DNA from: Octopus bimaculoides
Taxonomy: Eukaryota
Assembly (NCBI RefSeq): GCF_001194135.2
Contig: NC_068983.1
Coordinates: forward strand, 119,038,935-119,097,145
Reading direction: 5' to 3'
Length of the DNA: 58,211 bases
Shown one piece after another: positions 24,241-36,924 of the stretch; position 1 is the stretch's first letter, and every line of letters begins with the position of its first letter. The translations under genes and the position numbers were made by a program. The notes beneath the pieces are model-generated. The model saw nothing but the letters and a program-made list of their open reading frames with translations, was not told where the DNA came from and ran no database searches.

Positions 24241-25889
24241 CATGAACGTTAGCACAGCGGGCGAAATGCTTATCCGTATTTCACCTGTCTTCACGTTCTG
24301 AGTTCAAATTCCGCCGAGTTCGACTTTGTCTTTCATGCTTTCGGGGTCGATAAATTAAGTACCAGTTGCGTACTGAGGTCAATCCAATTGACTGGTCCCC
24401 TCCCTGAAAACTTTCGGGCCTAGTGCCTAGAGTAAAAAAGAATATATATGTTATAAAAGCGACGACGAAGTATAAGTAACCGCAAAAGAACCAAGCCTTG
24501 AACAGATTGATGTCCAAAGAAATATTACCATGTAAGGAATCTCAACAGCTGAGAAGATATAGCGTATAATTCAGCCTCTTTACATTAGTGAGAAAGAATT
24601 CCTTTGTACAAAAATAATGTATTGCAAATTTTAAAATGTTGATAGATATGAATGACAACTAATATTTCAGAAACAGATTAATTTAAAACATATATTCTAA
24701 TTAATGTTGTATGTTGATAATTGATAAATGTTGTAATCAAACAGCAAAAGCTCATAAACTGGGATTAATTCCCGATTCGATTGTGATAAGCAGTGGAGGA
24801 ATTAACTTCAGCCCAAGAAAGGATGACAGTCTACCACAGGTAATAAAATATATGAAGAGCTGCCACTTATTATGAATATCTAGATGCAATGAGATATATA
24901 GCATTCATTGTACTAGCCAAAGGAACAACAAAATATTAAAACAAATCCATAACACATGAGCCGTTAATTTGAATCATTGTGCATCAAACTGATAATTATA
25001 TAAAACATTATTTTTTTGAAGACCAAACATTTTTAACGTTCACTGTAAAGTAATTGCACAGGTATTTCGAGAAACTGCTACGTGTTAAGCTAGATAACGC
25101 TTCGTTTTTTCATCCTTTCAATATAGAATTTCAAGTGTCGTTACATTATCTTATAAAACGAAACATTTGTTTCATTTTCATGTTCTATCTTTTTTTTTCC
25201 CCTACTGAAATAGCTACGAAAAGAATAAGAGGGGAAAAGACATATTCAGTTGATAATCAGTGTTTTAGCTGCAGTGAGATGTAAGAGAAAGTATATTTGG
25301 GGCTCATTAAAAAGAAAAAAAAGCATCGGAATTTTATATCTTTGTTGCTTTTCTTTTTAATTGTGCGAGTTAATCTCAAAGGGCGAACATTTGATGTACT
25401 GAACTTCAGACAACAGATATGTTGAACAGAAAAAACAAAATATTCTTAAAATTTTCCCAATGAATCCAATTAGTAAATAAGTTATCAGTTTCTTATCCAT
25501 CAGCTGAGTTACTGATTACAGACTAAAACAAGGGTTAATTTATTATTTTCAAGAAGCATGTATAGTAAGTCAGGAAGCAACGAATTCTTTACAAAATAAT
25601 TACTCAAATCATTTGTAGAGGAAGGAGTTAAAGCGAAAGATTTTTTATACTGATAGCTGGTTCAGGGAGAAAAAGAACATCTCAAAACAGCAATAGACTT
25701 CCAGTTGGCTGAGTTGTTGGATACCTTCATACAACTTGAAAGTTCGGATTCAGACCTCAAAACTGATATTTTATTGCATGTATGGCAATATCTCTGAACT
25801 GCCAATGGTTCGGTTCATACAGCTGCAAAGAAATAGCTTGGAGAAGTATAGCACTCCGAAGTAAGTTATGGGGGCACGAATATGTTTTA

Positions 25890-26254
25890 TCATTAACCTG
25901 TTTCAGTCATTTGACTGCAGCTTTGCTGGAGCACCGCCTTGAATGAGTTTAGTCGAACAACTCGACTCCAGTATTTGTTTCTTTTAAAAACTCTGGTACT
26001 TATTTTAGCAGTCTTTTTTTCTGAACCGCTCAGTTACTGAAACGTAAACAAACCAACACTGGTTGTCAAGTCGTTGTGGGGAACACACATATATTCGATG
26101 GGTTTCTTTTAGTTTTCATTTACCAAATCGACCCACAAGGCTTTGGTCGACCCGCAGCTATAGTAGAAGACACTTGCCCAGATTCCATGCAATGGAACTG
26201 AACCCAAAACCATGTAGTTAGGGAACAAACTTCTTATCACGTAGCCACGACTCC
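25890..26254 (-). mobile_element. tRNA-derived SINE, family B
   Basis: Colinear with 13550-13959; minus-strand head GGAGTCGTGGCTACGTGATAAGAAG...GGGTTCAGTTCC. Confidence 0.8.
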
Positions 26255-27299
26255 TCATAATCGATGATTTATGTTGACTTCCACTGTTGAGCTCAGAATA
26301 ATGCCACATAACTGTAGCGGTAACAGAAAACCATTTCTCTAGAGCCTTCCTCACATCATTACATCTTCAGTGTTTTTATAAGCACTAAAGATTACGTGAC
26401 ATTAATATGTTTACTTAATAGTATCCGTTAAGTTATTTTAACTTGTAAAGTCTTCAATGCTTTACGTTCGAATTCTCAGAATTCTTAATGTTAGGTAAGT
26501 TCTATTTTTACCTTTTAACTTTAGAAGTAAAATGAGTAGACGTTAAACATATTGTAAGAGTTAAATACTCGTAAATAGTAACGGAAACATCCGGCTTTTA
26601 ATAACAAAACACATAGAAATGCACAACAGTAAACACACTCATTTGAATTTTGAACATCCAAAATATTGGTTTCTTTTTTCATTAGATACAAAGTCTGTAA
26701 TTTAGACAGAAAGTAGAAACAAGATGTGACATTCATGACTTTCCATAGAGTATTGATGGTAAGGATAAAGAGAAATCACTTCAATCGCGAATTGAAGAGG
26801 AGGGTGAATTTCGTTTGCAGAGAATTTACCCTGGTTTAATATCGTTCGTCTCGAGGTACCCTGAGTTAGCGAGAGAGGCTTTGTGTAATTGCTTCACTTG
26901 CGAGAAATAACAATCACGTCTCCATCAAGTCACACTATACCTTCTTAAGAAAGGTAGAACACATGGGACAATGTAATCACTGATATACAAAATGATGGGA
27001 TGATCGTGGCTGGTACACATTTGATCGGAGTTGACTTGGAGATAAACAACAACAACAGCATCAAATGAAACAATGTTTTATTATATTTTGCTCAATAAAT
27101 CCTCCAGTATGTCATTAATATTATTTTATTGATCCTAGAGAAATGCAAGGCAAAACCGATGACAGAAAAATGTTTACTTCCTACGTAGGGAGAGCCGAAT
27201 AAGATACAATAATAAATTTAGTCAGGTCTTATATATTATCGGGGTTTTTTTTTACCATTCTCAGACACCATATATTGGGATAAGCCCATACATTTCGTG

Positions 27300-27450
27300 A
27301 GAGAATCTAGTCGTTTAAATTGACCCTAGTATTTCACTAGTATTTTGTTGATCGAACCCGGAAAAGTAAAAACCAAAGATGATCTCGGTAGAATTTGAAG
27401 CCAGTACGTAAGACCTTAAATATTGCTAGGCATTTTGCCCGCTGCTCTCG
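27300..27450 (-). mobile_element. Degenerate SINE family A
   Basis: Reverse complement resembles the family A head and body. Confidence 0.5.
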
Positions 27451-27720
27451 CAGTGATACTAATCTTTTGGCTCTGTTACTAACTATTGAGAAACTAGCCA
27501 GGGAACCTTTAGAAGCTTACTCAATCTGCTAGAAGTAGCAGCCATAAATCTTTTAAACTACACATTGCCATTTGAGAAAGGGGCACTTCGGATAATAAAA
27601 TCTAGTGCAGTATACCCAGCAAAGATGGGATGGTAACAACTGGAATGTCTCCAATTATAAATCTACCAGACTAGGTGATAAATAACAACTGCTACTAAAT
27701 ATTGATTCCGCAATTCGATA

Positions 27721-29924
27721 GCATTTCATCAGCATTTCGCACGGTTGTTTGGGACGAGTGAAACGTTGAACCATGGGGGGGGGGCCTTAACGGATTTCCT
27801 GGCCGACGGACCGCGACTCTCGGCGAGCGAGGCGAGGCGCTGTGAAGGGTCGATCCCAGCTGCGGAGGTCGAAGAGGTGCTGGCCGAATGCCCACGGGAC
27901 AAGTCGCCGGGGCTGGATGGTCTGCCCTACGAGTTTTACAGTAGTATGCCGGACTTGTTTGGACACTTGCTGGCTTGTGTGTACACGAACTGGCAGCAGA
28001 ATGGGAGAATTCCCAGCTCTGTGAGCCGGGGAGTGGTGACACTGGTCAGAAAAAATCCGAGCAAGGGGAATAATATTAGTAATTTTAGGCCCATAACTCT
28101 ACTGAATGTAGAGTTAAAGATTTTGGCCAAGGTGCTAGCAAAAGGGGTGACGGTTGTCGCGGAGAGACTTGTCGGGAAGGAACAGACTTGTACCATCCCT
28201 GGAAGGTCCATCCAGGACAATCTTCATCTCTTACGCTACACCTTAGACAGGGTGGGTAAAGTTTCCGGTAAAGGTGGGGCACTGGTCTACTTAGACCAGA
28301 GTAAAGCGTTTGACAGGGTTGACCATCGGTACTTGGCGGCAGTCCTTGAGGCGGCGGGGCTGGGCCCAGATTTCCGCGGCTGGATCAAGGTCATTTACGG
28401 TGACATCAAATCCACAGTTCAAGTGAACGGTTACCTGTCGAAGCCGTTCGAGGTCAGGCGTTCAGTTCGTCAAGGGTGTCCCTGTCTCCTCTTCTGTATG
28501 TATTAACTCTTGAGCCATTGCTGCGGAAGTTGGAGAATTTAGGAAGCGCCTCGAATGAAATCGGATGTGGTAAGAGTGTCTCTGCGTACGCAGATGACAT
28601 CACCATCACCGTATCCAATATGAATCAGCTACCTCGTATAGCCGAGGCAATCAGAAGATACGAGACGGTGGCAGGGGCAAAAGTTAACAAGGACAAGTCC
28701 ATTGGTTTGCGGCTCGGCACCTGCAGCAGCAAGCCGATAGCGTCCCGTGTCATTAGGCACTGGTCAGATGGTCCTGTTAAGTTGTTTGGAGTTTCGTTTG
28801 GTCCAGGCTCCCAGACGGAGAAGAATTGGAGTGAGGTGACGAGCAAGGTAGAAACGCTAACACGGATTTGGTCTGGGAGGGCGCCCTCCTTGAAAGGAAG
28901 GGCAGAGATAATACGTTTATTGCGTCGGTTATCACCTACCACCTGACCGTCGTCCCTTGTCTTGATTTGTGGTTAAACAAGCTGGTTCGAATTCTCTTCC
29001 GCTTTTTGTGGAGGGGAAAGCCGCTTGTGAGATGCTCCGTGTGCTGTCAAAAACCGTTAAAGGGTGGCCTAGGGATGCCTTGGTTGCTGATGTGCAAACA
29101 TGCACTAAGACATCGCTGGCTTTACCTGGATTGTGGTCAGGTGTGGAATTCGCTCGCACGGGAGTTCTTCCCACGACCAGCCTCATTGGAGGAATTCAAA
29201 CCCAGTTTTATTAAAAGACCAAAAATAACTGAATATCAAAAGGAATGTTGGCAGGAACTTGCGCTAATCCACAGGGCGGGTAAGGCCGGCGGCGGGAATA
29301 CCACCTCTGCATTTTATAAAGGCGTTGGTAGAGTTCAAAAGTGACGACGTTCTAAGAGAGATGCTGGGGCTCGATGAAAACCAGCTATCCAATGTGTTTC
29401 GGAACACTTTCAGGTCAGGATATTTGGATAATTACCAAAGTTCCCTGACCTGGCATTGTTTCAGGAATGCATTACTCGTTCACGATAAATTGTCTTGGCA
29501 CAGAATTTCAGTGCCACCCTAATGTCCAAGATGTGGGGAAGATAGGGAAACTATCCTAAACGCTCTTGTACAATGCAACCATCTTTCGAAGATGACAATT
29601 TACGTAGAACACGTGTTGTCACATCTGGGAAGAGTACAGCTATCGGCTGAGTCTGTGATTAAGAATGTACCACCCACCGGACTGTCCAAGGAAGGTGAGG
29701 ATTGTTTTCTGTGTACAGTCGCAGTTATGAAAGAGTGTGCATGGAGGACCAGAATGCAAGGTAAGAAGTCAGGGGTCTTCATCTCCGGCCCTGGAATGCT
29801 TTACTACTTCAGTTATCACCTGAAAAGCAAGATAGGGCTGGAGAAGAGGCACCTGTCTAGAAGTATATATGAGAAAAGATGGAAGGATGTACTAAGGAAG
29901 TTGGGAGTGAGTGTCCCTACTTAA
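27721..29924 (+). pseudogene. Frameshifted ORF2 reverse transcriptase (no endonuclease domain present)
   Basis: KSPGLDGLPYEFY, FRPITLLNVELKILAK, DQSKAFDRVDH, SVRQGCP/LSPLLY, AYADDITI, GGLGMP, CPRCGEDRETILNALVQC; several frameshifts and stops. Confidence 0.92.
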
Positions 29925-30151
29925 TCTACCACGAGGGAAAAAAGGATGTAGCTGTTGGACAGTAGACCGACAAGAAAAAATGTAAAAGAAATCTAAATTT
30001 TTAAATCATATAAATCATCTATTTTTAACTTGATATATTTTTGTGTTAAGAAAAAACGGACTGAAAAAAACTCGCTGAGTATTTCTTTTTAATGTTTTGT
30101 ATTGTCCTGTATTGTCCTTCTATATCAGATCTTATTATCATAATAAGGAAA
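27721..30151 (+). mobile_element. 5'-truncated L1/Tx1-type non-LTR retrotransposon (ORF2 RT, zinc-binding region, 3'UTR)
   Basis: GC-rich block; coding homology begins at AFHQHFARLF; 3'UTR ends TGTATTGTCCTTCT...AATAAGGAAA. Confidence 0.9.
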
Positions 30152-30729
30152 TCTCTATTGGAGGGATAGGTTTAAAATTGCATGCTGTCTATGCCTTTCC
30201 CATTAATGTGAAGTGGTTGATTTTAGTTTGGAATCGTAAATTGTTTGAAGTATTTAGATGTTATTCTACCGACGAAAAAAAACCCTGCATTTTAGTAGGA
30301 ATACTTTTTGCTTTAAGAGGTTAACCAGTAGAATTTAATAATGTAAAATTAGATACCATTCATAAGCCACTTGCAAACTTTTTGATAAAGAATGGCAGTG
30401 ATGTTTACTAAAGGTTATCCTTATATGATATCCACCCAGACATCAGTCCAGAAATAACTCAATTTGTCATCTTACACTGATTATCTACACATGTTACTCT
30501 CCAGGAAAAAAAGAAACGTACAAAATTTGAAGTTTTGTAATTGTTTCGTAAATAAACGAATAAACGATTTTTTATATTCAATATTTATTATGGCGGCGAG
30601 CTGGCAGAATCGTTAGCACACCAAGTGAAATACTTACCAGTATTTCGTCAACCGTCACGTTCTCAGCTCAAATTCCGCTTTGCCTTTCATCCTTTCGGGG
30701 TCGATTGTACCAGTTACGCACTGGATAGA

Positions 30730-31826
30730 GGATCTTTGGCCGGCACATTTAAAAAATAATTTTTTGTAACTAAACGCTTTCAAAATTCGTATACTGGTAG
30801 AATTTGTCACATAAAACATCATTTACTCTTGGCGTTTTTGAGGAAATTGTATATTTTCGAAGTTATTTCGTGTTAAATTTGTTGTATTTCGGTAATTTCA
30901 ACCAATCAATGACGTCTATTGAGATGAAAACAATTACTGTTGTTGTTTGTCAACAACTTCCGGCGGTGTATATTTCGTTTGTCACTGTTATTTATGACAT
31001 ATATTTCATCTGTTACGTTTGTATGAATAAACGAGTGTATCTGAAGCATGTTTACTTCATGGCACCACCACAATCGTTCGTGCATTTCTACTGGTTTTAC
31101 TTTGTTTTTTCCTGTTTTTCAGCTACTATTTTTGGAAAGACATTTTTGCCCCTTTCCCCTCCAATTTCTTCATTTTTCACATTTCCCGTAACTCTAACCC
31201 TAAAATCCCAACCCTAAATCTAACCCTAACCCTAACACCCCAACCCTAACCCTAAAACCCCAACCCNNNNNNNNNNCCTAACCCTAACTGTAAAACCCTA
31301 ACCCTACAACCCTAACTCTAAAACCCTATCCCTAACCCTAAAACTCTAACCCTGAGCCTAAAACCCTAACCCTAACTCTAAAACCCGAACCCTAACCCTA
31401 AAACCCCAACCCTAACTCTAAAGCCATAACCCTAACACTAAAACCCCAACTCTAAAACCCTATCCCTAACCCTAAAATCCTAACCCTGACCCTATAACCC
31501 TAACCCTAAAACCCTAAAGCTAAAACCAGTACAAACGCACGAACGATGTCATCAGTAACAGTGACAAACGAAATATACACCGCCGATGGTTGTTGTTGAC
31601 AAACAACGGCAGTAATTTTATTCAGCGGAATACACGTCATTGATTGGTTGAAATTACCGAAATCCGACAACTTTAACACGAAATAACTTTTAAAATATAA
31701 ACTTTTCTCAACACCACTAAGAGTAAAAGATATTTTATATGACACATTCTACCAGTGTCCGAAGTTTGAAAGTGTTTAGTTACAAAAAATTAATTTCTTG
31801 GTGTGCCATTCAAAGGGAAAAGATCC
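30730..31826. mobile_element. GGATC-ended foldback element, copy 1, with telomere-like core
   Basis: GGATCTTT...AAAGATCC ends; ~300-bp inverted arms; internal CCCTAA/CCCTAAAA array. Confidence 0.85.
31190..31525 (-). repeat. Degenerate interstitial telomere-like array (CCCTAA and CCCTAAAA, often as a 14-bp higher-order unit), contains a 10-N gap
   Basis: Directly visible. Confidence 0.9.
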
Positions 31827-33427
31827 GGGATTGGTGTAAACGACTTTATCCCTTTGTCTGTCCTTGTTAGTCCTCTCTGTTCAGCCCCATGTGGGCAATA
31901 AACAAATAAATATTTATTTTCATTGCGAACCATGGAACAAGAAGCTCGCATTGAACCGAAACTGTGACGCAGTTTCTATTCCCAGTTCAAGCCGTTTAAT
32001 TTCATTTACTTCACTAATACTTTTGAGAAAGACATAAACATCAAGATTTTTTCTCATTCCTTTTTTCCTGAAAATATGGGGGAAATGAAACCAATATTTC
32101 ATTTAACTTGTGTGTTGATAGAAACTAAAACACGACAGCCATTAAATATTGGACCAAAATCCGTCGAAGTCGACTTTACTGCTAAATCTTCCCACAATAG
32201 GCATAAGTATGTTACTACTAACATGTGGGCTGATTTAATTGACTATTTATGCCCAATAAATAAAAATAATCTGATCAAGACAGGATCCTTACACGGTCAA
32301 CCAATGCGGAACCTGATCCTCGAAAAGGTAGGTACCAAACTAGTTGCACTAATGAATTTTGTCATGTCCTTGAAGGAATATCAGAAATCCTTAAATGTCG
32401 ACGCTGTAATATTCCTATCGTTAATAGAATAAATACTTCCCTGTTGGTGAATACTGTTAGCAGACGGTACTGATAATTATGCGCCAAGCTGTTTGGGCTT
32501 CTTAAACTCGAGCTTGTTAGTCTTTAGACTCGATTAGCAGTGATTAATAATTATTTCGTTTTTAATTGTTGAGCAAATGATAGACTGCAAGGCACTTTCT
32601 TTTATCAGTTGAATTTCACTTTTTTACACTGCTTTGTAAAGGGCACCCTGCATACCTGTTAAAGCCTCCCCTCCCCCTGGTTCTTACCATATAACAGCAG
32701 TGCATTGTGTTCACGGCAAACTCTCGAGATAATTCTCAAAGGCTTAACATTTTCTTTGCGCCCTAGTTAGAAGAAAGTGCTATATTAAAAATTATTGAAG
32801 TACTAATTTCAGAAAATGGTTAAATTGCTCTTAATTAAAATTACATTGAAAGTACCAACATATAACATGTTTGCTTTGAAAATCATTTCAGAAACACGGA
32901 CTTTTACTAAAGTATATTTTGATCCCTAGTTTAATACTTGGTTTTGTACACACTGAAGATTTCGAATTTTGTTGTAATTTAACAGAACTTACAATCAATT
33001 ACCTTCTCCAAATCTATAAGACGAGATTAATTCAGCATGGCAAACTAAAAAAACTTTTTACCTACGACAATCAAATTCATCCCGGTATTCATATCGACTT
33101 TCATTTTCTTGTGAATTGTTCTGAGATATTACCATGGACACAACACTTTCCATGACATACAAGAACCGGTCACTCGTCGACTGATATATGTCACTTGTTC
33201 ACTTTACACACCATATTTTCTGTAATGTAACTTAAGTCTTTAAATAGAGTTGATAGAAACCTAGTCAATAGAGTACCGGTTAGTTAGCGAAAGCATTTGC
33301 AATTCATCTACTGTTGGCCTGACTGAAGAACTAGTTGTAATTATAACTGTGCTGACCGGTCAGTTTTAATCGGTCCAATCTACAGAAGGAGATGACTGAA
33401 TGATTTTTGGCGATCCACAAATTTAGT

Positions 33428-33856
33428 TCCGATATAATATATTGATTTCAAATTTGGGTACAAGGCCAGCAATTTTGGGGGAGGGGTTAAGTCTATTACA
33501 TCGACCACAGTGCTTAACTGGTACTCATTTTATCGACTCCCGAAAGGATAAAAGGCTAAAGAGACCATGGTAGTATTTGAACTCAGAATTTGAGACGGAA
33601 GAAATGCCGCCAGCCCGCCGCCTTCGTTTCGATATAATATATTAGTTTCAAATTTTGGCACAAGGCCAGCAAGTTCGTGGGAGAAGATAAGTCGATTACA
33701 TCGACCTCAGTACTCTGCTGGTACTTGCTCTATCGACGCCAAAAGGATGAAAGGCAAAGTCGACCTCGGCGGAATTTGAACTCAGGACGTAAAGTCGGAT
33801 GAAATGCCGCTAAGCATTTTGTCCGGCGTGCTAATGATACTGCCAGCTGGCTTCCT
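33428..33856 (-). mobile_element. Two tandem SINE family A copies (33428-33624 and 33628-33856)
   Basis: Both begin on the + strand with TTCGATATAATATATT.(G/A)TTTCAAATTT and match the family A reverse complement. Confidence 0.85.
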
Positions 33857-34249
33857 CCGTTTCTACGTATATGCGTCTTAGGTGGACTGAATGTGAAGTT
33901 TAATCCTTTTAAGAGTACGTTAATGTCATTGTGTAGGTGGTTTATGGTCGTAGCCATCTCAGCAGTGTGCGATGACGTGAAAAGCGCTATTTTTGTTATT
34001 TATAATTTATATATTTTAGGAAGAGGAGATTGAGAGCTCAAACACGATTAGTATAATTCACGATCGCTCTAATATATTATAGGCATACTAGTTGTTTCTT
34101 TATGTTGTGCTAAAAGTACTTTTAGAGTGTTAGTGTCGTTTTTCTTTCCTTACTATGTCTTCTATGGGAACTGGGAATGTTTGAAAAATGTTATAGGTAA
34201 CTTAGTATTTTGAAGGTCTATGTACGTGGTATGTTTATGTTATTGTGTC

Positions 34250-35450
34250 TAACTGTTGGTTGTATTTGATGTTCTCTGGGTGATACTAGTAAGAAGTGAG
34301 ACAGTGGAGTTGATATATGATACTTTTAGTCTATTGTTTGGAAAATGGTTTGTAAGTGGTTGACGTAGATGTAGAGTAGTTTTCCTACTATGTATGATGA
34401 TTGGTAAGAAGAGGTATTCTGATGTCATCCATGTATGGAGATGTTCTGTGCGGGTGAAGAGAAGTAATAGGGAATGTAGGTGAAGGTACATATTCTAGAT
34501 GTGTTGTTGTTGTACTCAACGTAGGCTTGTCGATATGTGAGATAGCTCGCCAGGCAGAATATTATAATGTTTTAAAGAGGTGTTGAATATGGTGTTTATA
34601 GTGAGTAGAGGGCGATTAAGCCGAAAATAGTTGTTAGAATGGTGTGTGAAAGAAAATTTTCGTAGTTTTGAACCCATTGTATATTTTACGTGAGAGGCGT
34701 GAGGTTTCTTACTTGTGTGATAGTCGAATGTAATGGTTTGAATTGATTTGAAAATTGAAAAAGAGGAATTTAGAGGTTGGAAAATTCGAGGTTAAAACTT
34801 TCTATGAATTTTAGATGTGTATGGGAGAGTAATGAACTGTTCTTTCTGATGTTGCTACGTTTGGATTTTGTTAGGTTTTAGGATTGTTATAATTCTCTCT
34901 ACTTTCTTAATATTTAGTCGTGTTGGTATAAGTAATTTAAGATGTGGCGATTTTAATAAACTTATTGTATGCTATGTCTATGATTGTGATTTTAAAGGTT
35001 TTGTATTTCTGTATTACTTTTTTGTTAATGTCTGGTGATTTAAAGGAGTTAACGCATCGTGGATATGTTACAGTCTTGTTTGCGTGGTTCTACTGATTGA
35101 TTTTTGAAAACACTGTGACAATGGAGTTTTATTATTGTTGGAGTGTAGGCTAGTCATTATTTCTCGTTATTGTACCATGTGATGAAATGCAGGCACCATT
35201 AGAACAGTTGTTACAGCTTCTTTGAAGCATTAAGTCGGATACAAGTATTTACTACTTTTCTACTATTCTGTCATCTACATTGTTATTTTCTTGTTTAATT
35301 GCTTGCTGCTAAGTTTTATATGTTTTGAACATACTGCTGACCTGTTGTCTCTACGTTTTAGTGAATATTTTAATTACGGTTGTATTTTTTATGGTTCTGT
35401 CTTCTTTTTAGACATTTCACTTATTTGTTATTTATTTAAACTGCAGTATC
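34250..35450 (-). mobile_element. Highly degenerate Penelope-like element ORF remnant (RT, linker, possible GIY-YIG)
   Basis: Minus-strand pieces GQQYVQ, NVDDRIV, FITLPYTSK...IFQPLN and QAYVEYNNNTSRM appear in the PLE order; strong strand-composition skew; many stops. Confidence 0.4.
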
Positions 35451-36924
35451 TATGTTGGCAATTGTATTGTTAATCTCTAGGAACAGTAGATGCTTCAAGG
35501 TGAAAATGTTACCCCCACTCTCATTTTTTCGTTTTGTTTCGTGAACTGAAACTTCTAACCCTACTCTCCAATTTCTAAGCCCATAAGGGTATTGGGTTGC
35601 ACTCTCTACGATGTTTCAGGTCATCGGAAAACGTATGATTCTAATATCTCCTATTTCCGAAACAATTGTAACAGATTAATAGGGTTCCTTCGACACAACC
35701 TCCCATATGACAGCTCCTGACAAATGAAAATCCATTCAATCTGTTTATCACTAACAATATTAATTTACTTTCACGTTACCTGTAACTGGAAACTCACAGT
35801 AGCAACCAAATGGATCTTCAGTTACCTTGGAATAAATGTAAACTTTGCATGTATTGAGTACACTTTTGTTTGTAACCAAATATATCCCCTCTCAATCGGT
35901 CGGCCACTATCTACGTATTGGGAACATACATCTGAAACTGAAGAAAGATACCCTCATCTATTCCATGAAGAATATCGTAATATCATTTAAGAACCTCACA
36001 CCATGTGCATCATAGTACATAAGGATAAACCAGTACTCAGTGCACTTCAATAAACGAAAAATTCATTGTTCCGGTCGAAAAACACATACCCGTCTGCAAC
36101 CATCGAACATAACTATTTATCAAGGCCCGCAGTGATGGGAAAGAAACAAAAACGGCAGGTAGTTGACAATAGAAGCCACGGTTCGTATCCTGCTTACACG
36201 CCGTTTAGGTATATGGTCGTCTGATACTCACCGACTGAAACACCAGTCGGCAGCCACCTAAATGTCTAGAGTTTTTCTAGGAAGAACACTGCTTGCTTCA
36301 CATGAAAAGAAAACTAGAAAGAGTGACCTAACCAAAATTCTTATTCAATTCCCCTACATAACCAGAATAGATTTCCTTTACAATTACTATGGCTGAGCAA
36401 CCCTGTCTGTTTGCAAAGCGAAATCATGATGTCTAAAAGTGAAATATAAGTTTAACTACTAGCTCTTGAAGTTACTCTCATGCGATCCAGTATATAAATA
36501 TTGGCATTGACCCGTAGTTTGATAGATCAGCGATTCAGCTTTGTCCAGATCTTTCAAGGGGTAAAATACTTTAACTGTTGTAATTATCTCCTTTGCTACT
36601 GTTGTTGACGAAATTATTAGACTTAATAAAATTATTTTCTACGTTCTTACGTTCGTTAAAGGGTTTGGAGCGTCTAGTATATGTAACAATATTTCCCATA
36701 TCAGTAGTGTAAGTATCTAATTTTTAAATTTTGCCGGTTAAAGAGTTTGGAATATTTGAATCCAATGGGAAACGCTCAATGACAAGGGCAAGAGAGTCAG
36801 AGTAACTGGATGTTGTAAACTGGAACAAAAATGTAATATATTTACTGAGCCTTGAGTGAGTTGTTTTCTTTTCCTTCGTTCGTAATATTACCGAGTATAT
36901 CATAACACAAGTACACTTAGCCAT

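Larger units (their letters stand above)
22556..24440 (+). mobile_element. SINE family A split by the gag-only insertion (22556-22578 and 24241-24440)
   Basis: AAGGCAGCGAGCTGGCAGGAACG ... [insert] ... GAACGTTAGCACAGCGGGCGAAATGCTT rejoins into a complete family A SINE. Confidence 0.9.
30592..31915 (+). mobile_element. SINE family A split by foldback element 1 (30592-30729 and 31827-31915)
   Basis: ...GTACCAGTTACGCACTGG [insert] GGGATTGGTGTAAACGACTT...GTGGGCAATAAACAAATAAA rejoins into the family A body and tail. Confidence 0.8.

Noticed and set aside
27695-29782. Minus-strand ORFs over the RT element
   Set aside because: Antisense frames of a GC-rich coding sequence.
31190-31525. True telomere or chromosome end
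   Set aside because: Degenerate, internal, and enclosed by inverted arms within a SINE.
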